Of a stretch of 45,811 bases of DNA, positions 40,275 to 45,811 are shown piece after piece. The position numbers and the translations under genes were made by a program. Position 1 is the stretch's first letter, and every line of letters starts with the position of its first letter. The notes beneath the pieces are model-generated. The model worked only from the letters and a program-made list of their open reading frames with translations. It was not told the DNA's origin and ran no database searches. This DNA is from Burkholderiales bacterium (GTDB taxonomy: Bacteria; Pseudomonadota; Gammaproteobacteria; Burkholderiales; SG8-39). Where the stretch lies: assembly GCA_035251855.1 (NCBI GenBank), contig DATFDV010000295.1, forward strand, positions 1-45,811. Reading direction: 5' to 3'.

Positions 40275-40691
40275 CTACGGCAGGCTCAGGATCTCGAGCC
40301 ACACTTCGCCGCCGTCCTGGAGCGCCGCCTGGAGCTTGGCGAAAAGCGGCTCGAAGGCAAAGCGCGACTCCATGACGCGGCCGCCGTCCGGATCGCGCGC
40401 GCGGCCGGGCAGGATGCAGCCCTCGGTGTCGCCGGTCGAGTTGCCGGGATGGATGCGGATGCCCTCGAAGCCCGGCACCTCGAGCAGCAGGGGCAGCGGC
40501 CGGTTAAAGCGCGGCGAGTGCGTGATGACGACCCGGTAGCGCCCCTCGGGGATCGCAGTCGCGCCGTAGACCTTCTTGCCGTCCGGGCGCACCTGATCCT
40601 CGCAGGTGTAGCACTCGTAGGCGCCGTCGAGATAGAGCTGGCCCAGGGTAAAGCGGTCGGTACGGACGTCGCGCACGAGTTTCGCTTCCAT
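40275..40691 (-). CDS. DUF5675-like protein, putative peptidoglycan-degrading lysis enzyme
   Basis: Start trimmed to ATG 40691 (TAATG overlap). 138 aa; ...TLGQLYLDGAYECYTCED...GRYRVVITHSPRFNRPLPLLLEVPGFEGIRIHPGNSTGDTEGCILPG. Sits between holin-like and spanin genes. Family assignment is from memory. Confidence 0.5.
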   Translation of the reverse strand: MEAKLVRDVRTDRFTLGQLYLDGAYECYTCEDQVRPDGKKVYGATAIPEGRYRVVITHSPRFNRPLPLLLEVPGFEGIRIHPGNSTGDTEGCILPGRARDPDGGRVMESRFAFEPLFAKLQAALQDGGEVWLEILSLP

Positions 40692-40957
40692 TATCGCGAC
40701 TCCCTGCGCCACAGTCTCGGATCGAACACGAGCACGCACGCGGTGAAGATGACGATGGTGTCGTATCCCACCCACTCCATAACGTAAAGCGGAGACACAG
40801 CAACAGCGAACGCGGAGATACCAAGGCCAATGTAGGACGCGCCGAGCGGCCAAGAGTGAATGCGCTTGCGCTTCATGCGGTTTAACACGCAGCCGCAGCG
40901 CACTACGATTGCCAGTGCGAACCCGGAAATAATCAAATCACGTATCACGTCGCTCAC
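40691..40957 (-). CDS. Small membrane protein (holin/antiholin candidate)
   Basis: 88 aa with 2-3 hydrophobic segments. Confidence 0.5.
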   Translation of the reverse strand: MSDVIRDLIISGFALAIVVRCGCVLNRMKRKRIHSWPLGASYIGLGISAFAVAVSPLYVMEWVGYDTIVIFTACVLVFDPRLWRRESR

Positions 40958-41337
40958 GTGTCGTCCTTTTCGAGTCCCAGCCTGGCGCGGAATAGCTCCC
41001 GCCCATCGCGGAAGAGCAGTGTTCCGACAAAGTGCGCCGACACCCCAATAAGAAACGCCACGGGTCGAGGATTCACCAGGCCCAGGTCTGTATATTTTTC
41101 GAGAACGCCGACGCCGAAAGGCGTCACATAGGCAGCGGTGACGGTGCCGATGACGAGCGCCACGTACCAGCGTTTAGTCGGCGGCATGAACCACAGAGCG
41201 ATCAGCGCCCCGGCGAAGCCAGCCATCAGAACGCTGAACTCCACGCCAAAGGTCTGCATCGTCCAGCTCAACTGCGAGACGACGGCCGATGCCGCAGAGC
41301 CGACCGCAGCACCGTTTTTCACCATCAATGCCTCCAT
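40954..41337 (-). CDS. Holin candidate (multi-TM)
   Basis: 127 aa with 3-4 hydrophobic segments and a charged C-terminus. Confidence 0.5.
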   Translation of the reverse strand: MEALMVKNGAAVGSAASAVVSQLSWTMQTFGVEFSVLMAGFAGALIALWFMPPTKRWYVALVIGTVTAAYVTPFGVGVLEKYTDLGLVNPRPVAFLIGVSAHFVGTLLFRDGRELFRARLGLEKDDT

Positions 41338-41399
41338 GATTTGCGCCTCATCGCCGCACCTTCACTGACTCTTTGTCGTTCCAGCGCGGGTTGTGCTGG

Positions 41400-41702
41400 C
41401 TACAGCTTTACGATCAAGACTACCCCCAAGAAAACCGAACACGCCACGGCCGGCAGCCCCGCGTCCAGATACCGATCGCGCGTCCATCCGGTGAATCCCT
41501 CCCACCATTTGAGCGCTTCAACCGACATGAGGCGATCACGCGCGATTTGGTTCTCACGTTGGGCGTGCTCGCGCGAGACGAACCACGCGACGCCAAAGCA
41601 GGCGCCGGCAAACGCACCCCACAGCGCAAGCCACGAGGCCGCAAACAAAACGCCCTGCATCAGCAGGGCGTAGAGGGCGTGGCGGAGGTTGGTCGCGTTC
41701 AT
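41400..41702 (-). CDS. Membrane protein
   Basis: 100 aa with about 3 hydrophobic segments. Confidence 0.45.
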   Translation of the reverse strand: MNATNLRHALYALLMQGVLFAASWLALWGAFAGACFGVAWFVSREHAQRENQIARDRLMSVEALKWWEGFTGWTRDRYLDAGLPAVACSVFLGVVLIVKL

Positions 41703-41968
41703 GGACGTTGCTCGCGTTCGCGTTGCGCCGCTACGAAAGCAGCAATACGTTCTGGCGTGTGAACTTCCGCGCAGCGCGCTCTTACCCTGCCGATGTCCTC
41801 CGGGATAACCTGGTCTACACCCATCGATTGCAGATGGGCGTTGACGAGCGCCATTTGGAGATCGGGATCGACGCCCGGCGCAATGGTCGTCCTGTGATAG
41901 CCCCCATCGCTCTTGATAATCCGCACGTGGACAGTGCCGTCAACGTCATACAATCGATCGATCATCAT
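41699..41968 (-). CDS. Hypothetical protein
   Basis: 89 aa, coupled to both neighbours. Confidence 0.45.
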   Translation of the reverse strand: MMIDRLYDVDGTVHVRIIKSDGGYHRTTIAPGVDPDLQMALVNAHLQSMGVDQVIPEDIGRVRARCAEVHTPERIAAFVAAQREREQRP

Positions 41969-43125
41969 GCGCTCGCAGGGTATTTGAGGGAAAAGTGCAG
42001 TGTTACGCTGCCGGCGGTTGGCATGTCGGCCGCGACGACCAATGACGCCGCCTGAGCGGAGCCAGATGCTTGCAATAGTGCTTCTGTTGTATTGGGGTCA
42101 ACGCGCGCCGAGATATCTGTGTAGTTCGCCTTGGTTATCCCTGACCATCTCCCAGACCCATGATGTATATTATTGGTGTCTGTGTTGGACGTAAACGGAA
42201 ACCCCTGCACCTTGGCGCTGCCGGAGGCAGTTGTGTGTGTGAACGTAGAAGTATTAATGACGAAATTTACGCGAACCTCTCTCCCTATTTTTGTGTAGCT
42301 ACCAACTTGCACAGAATAGGCAATGCTCAAATTGCCAGCAGTCACAAAGGTAAAGGTAGGCGTCCACGTTCCCTCCTCGTAATCATCAAGCGTGTTGGGA
42401 TCGGACGAGGGGTTCTGCGTCGCCGGGAACTTGATCTGGCCAGCGCTCGCGTGCGACAAGTCGAGGAGCCCAGCGAGCGCCAGCGCCGTCAGGAACGAGA
42501 TCACGTCCACCGTGTTGGTGCCGTCCCACATGACTTGCGCCGACTTGCCCTGCGTGACGACGACACCGGTGCCGCTCGAAGTCTTGACCGTCAGCGTGAA
42601 CGCGCCGCTCGTCGAGTTGACGATGATCCAGCGGCGCTTGATCTGCGGCAGCACCAGGCCGCGATTGCCGGTCAACGTGCCGGTGCAGATGATGATCTCC
42701 GGGCGCGCCTCGTCGGAAGTGAGCGTCAGATCGCCGGAGCCCGCAATCGACTTCGACAGCAGCCCCGGCGGCTGTTCCGCGTAGTGGCGGTGATCCTCGA
42801 ACGAAGTAATCCCGCTTGCGCTGGTGACGACCTTGTAGAGCCGGACCTTATCCGCCGACCAGCCGGTCGTGTTCTTGCTCACCACGCCCGCAGCGGTGCG
42901 CTCGACGTAGTTGGTCTGGCTCGCGGTGAGTGCAATCGTGCCGTCCGCGATCGTGGTGGACACGCCATCGACCGGCAGGAAGCCGCCGTAATAAGCAAGC
43001 GTCAGGCCAGTGGTGCCGGTCAAATCGATGCCGAAGAGCCCGGCGGTCGCCACCGCCGAAAAAAGCTCGTTCACGAGATCCATCTGTCCGGCCTGCTGGA
43101 CGCTTATCTGCCGCAACGTCGTCAT
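41965..43125 (-). CDS. Tail fibre / receptor-binding protein with a DUF2793-like N-terminus
   Basis: 386 aa. N-terminus ...QMDLVNELFSAVATAGLFGI...LAYYGGF. The C-terminal third (about 41965-42450) is clearly more A/T-rich. Follows the g15-like gene. Confidence 0.6.
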   Translation of the reverse strand: MTTLRQISVQQAGQMDLVNELFSAVATAGLFGIDLTGTTGLTLAYYGGFLPVDGVSTTIADGTIALTASQTNYVERTAAGVVSKNTTGWSADKVRLYKVVTSASGITSFEDHRHYAEQPPGLLSKSIAGSGDLTLTSDEARPEIIICTGTLTGNRGLVLPQIKRRWIIVNSTSGAFTLTVKTSSGTGVVVTQGKSAQVMWDGTNTVDVISFLTALALAGLLDLSHASAGQIKFPATQNPSSDPNTLDDYEEGTWTPTFTFVTAGNLSIAYSVQVGSYTKIGREVRVNFVINTSTFTHTTASGSAKVQGFPFTSNTDTNNIHHGSGRWSGITKANYTDISARVDPNTTEALLQASGSAQAASLVVAADMPTAGSVTLHFSLKYPASA

Positions 43126-43135
43126 CGTCCTCCCC

Positions 43136-45811
43136 TCACGCCACCGTCACCGAGGCCGTCGTCGGATAGCCCAGCCCGTATTCACCCGAGACCTGCGCTA
43201 CGTCGAAGTCCACCGTCGTCAGCACGCCGCCAAAATCAGTCGTCTGATCCGCCGCCGAGTAATCGACCTGCGGCTCGTCGGATTCGAGCGTGCGCACAAT
43301 GTCCGCGCCGTCGTAGATGTTCCACGTGTAGCGCTCGAACGCTTCGCCGAGCGGCGCATCCGATCCGGTGCGCCACAGGTTCTTCAAGCGCGTGCGGCGC
43401 ACGCATTTGAGCCTCAGATCGCCGGACGCCGAGATGCGCCCGGCAGCCGCATGCCACGGCGCGAGCGGGCGCTTGCGGCGCGCGGTATTGACGAACGAGC
43501 GCGTCACCGCCGAATCGATGGACTGGTTGATCGTCACCGCCTTGTAGCGGCGCGCGACATCCACGTCGGCGAAGGATTGCTCGATCGAACGCAGCTCGCC
43601 CGTCAACGCGACCACCGTCTCGCCCACCACGTGGCCGCTCATGTAGGGTTCCGTGCCGTTTCGCCCGCGCAGCAGCCCCGAGAGGTCGTAGACGCCGGTC
43701 GAGATCAAGGTCGCGGTTCGCGCATAGACCAGCTCGTTGCCGATCAGGTAGCCGGTCGCGGTGCCCGCCAGGATCTGCTCCCGCGTGTAGCTCGCGAGCA
43801 CGCCGGCGCCGACGTAGACGCGCACGACATTGGCCTCGTCGAATAGCTCGTTCCCTTCCAGCGCCGAAAACGTCGCGAGCGCCGTCACCGCGCGCCCAAA
43901 GATCGCGGGCACGACCACCGTGCCGTTGGGCACCGCGGCCCAGCTCACGCCCGCATCGTCGCTCTGGTAGAGCTGCCCGCCCGGCCACTCGGCGGTGACG
44001 CCCTTCATGGCAAGCACGAAGCCCGGATCGTCGTCGGCATCGCGCAGGAGGTGCGTGTCCAGCAGCTCGAACTCCGACGGCCCCTTGAGCGGAATGGTCT
44101 GCGGCGGCTGCCCATCGGCGCCGGCGCCGGGCGCGGCCTGCGTCCACACCGCGGCCAGATCCCGGACCGCTTTCCACACGATGACGCCGTCGGCGCCTTC
44201 ATGCCGGTCGAGAAAGCGCACGCGGCGCGTGACGTCGTTGGCCGTGACATTCGCGATATCGGTCGGTTCGTAGCGCGTGTAATCGAGCCCGGTCGTCAGG
44301 TCGAAGGCGCCTTCGGCCGCCACCAGGAACTCGAACTTGGCCTTGTCCGCGATCTGCCGCGCACGATCGTCCGACATGACGATCGGCAGATTGAGGTTCA
44401 CTTCCTGCATGCCGCCGGCGCCGGCGCGGTCACTCGACTGCTTGCCCACCTGGTAGTCGGCTGCCGGGTTCATGTAGGTGACATGCACCATGCGCGGATA
44501 GTCGAGCGCGCCCGAGGCGGTGGTGGTGAGCGGGTCGGGCGGTTCGTCCGATGCTCCGAGGACGCGAGCGCCGAGATCGGCCTGCGGGATCGTGACGGCT
44601 GCCGCCCCGCCGCGGCGCACGAACTTGATCTTGTAGTCGCTCTCGGTCACATCGAAGAAACCAGCAAGCGCCAGCGGCTCGACCAGCTCACGGATCGTGC
44701 CCTGGCGCGTCACCGGATAGCCGTCGAAGGTGAGCGCCGAGAGATCGGTGACCTCGAGATCGCCGGCAACGAGCGGCGAGCGCGTGGCGAGCGCCGTGAT
44801 GATGGTGGCAGCCGAGGGCGGCGTCGCGACCACGCGCCGGGCAGGCTCGATCAGTTGCAGCATCGAGGGCGCGCCGAAGACATCGCCGTCTTCGGTCACC
44901 ACTGGTGCTACGCCGTTGAAAACGCTGCCCCCGCACACGAGATTCACCGTGCCCTGCGTGCCGGTGTCGAGCTCGGTCATGGTGCCGGTCTCGACCTTCC
45001 AGAAGCGGCGCGTCGTGGCCGAGCGCTGGACGTAGAGGTTGCCGTAATCGTCCATCACCATGCCGGTCACGAGCCCGTAGTCGGTCGCCCCCATCCCCGT
45101 GGAGAGCACCACGTAATCGAGCAGTGCGCCCGCCTGGTCGTATTTATGGATACGCGCGGCCTCGTTCGCGCCGCCGGACTGGATGTAGAGATTGCCGTCC
45201 GTGCCCACCAGGCCGCGGGATGGCATGTTCGCGAAGGTCACCAGATGCACGTAGGCGTGCGTTTCGAGATCCACGTATCCGAAGCCGTGGTTCGCGGCGC
45301 CGCGCCGTGACACGTATAGACGGCCTGCGATGCGCCCGCCGTCCCAGAAGATCGATGTGTAATCTGCGCCGGTCGAGATCTGTTCTTTGGTCGCCGTAGT
45401 GCCGGCGAAGGTGAACGAATGCTGCCGGTAGAGAGAACCGCCGATCTGCACACCGCCGACCGCGGCTTGATCGTGATACTCGACGTAGAGTTCGAGCGTG
45501 TCGTCTTCTCCGTCCGGGTCGTATTCGAAGATGCGGCCAAACTGGTTGGTCCCGAAGCCAGACATCGTCGCCGACTGATCGACGCCCGACTGCTGCAGGC
45601 GGTGCAGCACCGCGCCGCCGGAAGCCTTCCACCATACGGCGCCGTTACGGCCGAGTCCCTGCAAATAGAAATGATCGCCAGCGCTCGTCAACAGCGTGGT
45701 CGAAGTCTCGGCGTAGAGATCGGAGAGGGCGATCCGGCATTCATGCGACGGCGTGGTGTCCTGGTAGGAAACCCACGCTTTACCGTCGGCCATCAACATG
45801 GCCGATTCGAG
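43136..45811 (-). CDS. Host-specificity / distal tail protein (RcGTA g15-like), C-terminal part; 45671-45811 duplicates 1-141 and the ORF continues upstream at 142..894
   Basis: The frame is open to the end of the window and continuous with the minus frame of 1..894. Confidence 0.8.
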   Translation of the reverse strand, partial: LESAMLMADGKAWVSYQDTTPSHECRIALSDLYAETSTTLLTSAGDHFYLQGLGRNGAVWWKASGGAVLHRLQQSGVDQSATMSGFGTNQFGRIFEYDPDGEDDTLELYVEYHDQAAVGGVQIGGSLYRQHSFTFAGTTATKEQISTGADYTSIFWDGGRIAGRLYVSRRGAANHGFGYVDLETHAYVHLVTFANMPSRGLVGTDGNLYIQSGGANEAARIHKYDQAGALLDYVVLSTGMGATDYGLVTGMVMDDYGNLYVQRSATTRRFWKVETGTMTELDTGTQGTVNLVCGGSVFNGVAPVVTEDGDVFGAPSMLQLIEPARRVVATPPSAATIITALATRSPLVAGDLEVTDLSALTFDGYPVTRQGTIRELVEPLALAGFFDVTESDYKIKFVRRGGAAAVTIPQADLGARVLGASDEPPDPLTTTASGALDYPRMVHVTYMNPAADYQVGKQSSDRAGAGGMQEVNLNLPIVMSDDRARQIADKAKFEFLVAAEGAFDLTTGLDYTRYEPTDIANVTANDVTRRVRFLDRHEGADGVIVWKAVRDLAAVWTQAAPGAGADGQPPQTIPLKGPSEFELLDTHLLRDADDDPGFVLAMKGVTAEWPGGQLYQSDDAGVSWAAVPNGTVVVPAIFGRAVTALATFSALEGNELFDEANVVRVYVGAGVLASYTREQILAGTATGYLIGNELVYARTATLISTGVYDLSGLLRGRNGTEPYMSGHVVGETVVALTGELRSIEQSFADVDVARRYKAVTINQSIDSAVTRSFVNTARRKRPLAPWHAAAGRISASGDLRLKCVRRTRLKNLWRTGSDAPLGEAFERYTWNIYDGADIVRTLESDEPQVDYSAADQTTDFGGVLTTVDFDVAQVSGEYGLGYPTTASVTVA
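45671..45811. repeat. Terminal direct repeat, second copy (identical to 1-141)
   Basis: Read directly. Confidence 0.95.

Larger units (their letters stand above)
1..45811. mobile_element. Complete temperate tailed-phage (siphovirus-like, HK97-type head) genome, circularly closed; unique length 45,670 bp
   Basis: Full set of terminase, portal, protease, capsid, tail, lysis, integrase and immunity genes. The ends overlap by 141 identical bases and one ORF reads across the junction. Confidence 0.9.

Overview
The window is a complete, circularly closed genome of a high-GC temperate siphovirus-like phage. Bases 1-141 are identical to 45671-45811, so the unique length is 45,670 bp, and one tail gene reads across that junction. 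About 29 kb of the minus strand is one tightly coupled late operon. It runs: Q-like regulator, promoter plus terminator, HNH, TerS (P27 type), TerL, portal, HK97 protease, HK97 capsid, then an unusual ~7.4 kb block of 13 unknown or accessory genes. It continues through head-tail connectors, tail tube, a G/GT -1 frameshift chaperone, tape measure, an RcGTA-like g12-g15 distal tail module, a DUF2793-like fibre and a lysis cassette (holins, DUF5675-like enzyme, overlapped spanins). An integrase with a candidate attP lies at 38.3-39.4 kb. An immunity cassette at 28.5-29.6 kb is bracketed by two mirror-image promoter/operator sets. The leftward early operon carries replication genes, including a P-loop helicase. 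The most notable element is in the rightward early operon: a diversity-generating retroelement (DGR) made of avd, a 108-nt template repeat and a DGR-type reverse transcriptase. It has three variable repeats at the 3' ends of three small DUF1566/C-type-lectin-like paralogues, two adjacent and one about 4 kb away. VR2 and VR3 differ from the TR only at TR adenines. Several DGR details are atypical: the TR sits inside the RT ORF, the remote VR has a codon indel, a conserved motif follows each VR, and a Gp37/Gp68 gene is translationally coupled to the RT. All functional names come from reading motifs in the translations. No database search was run.
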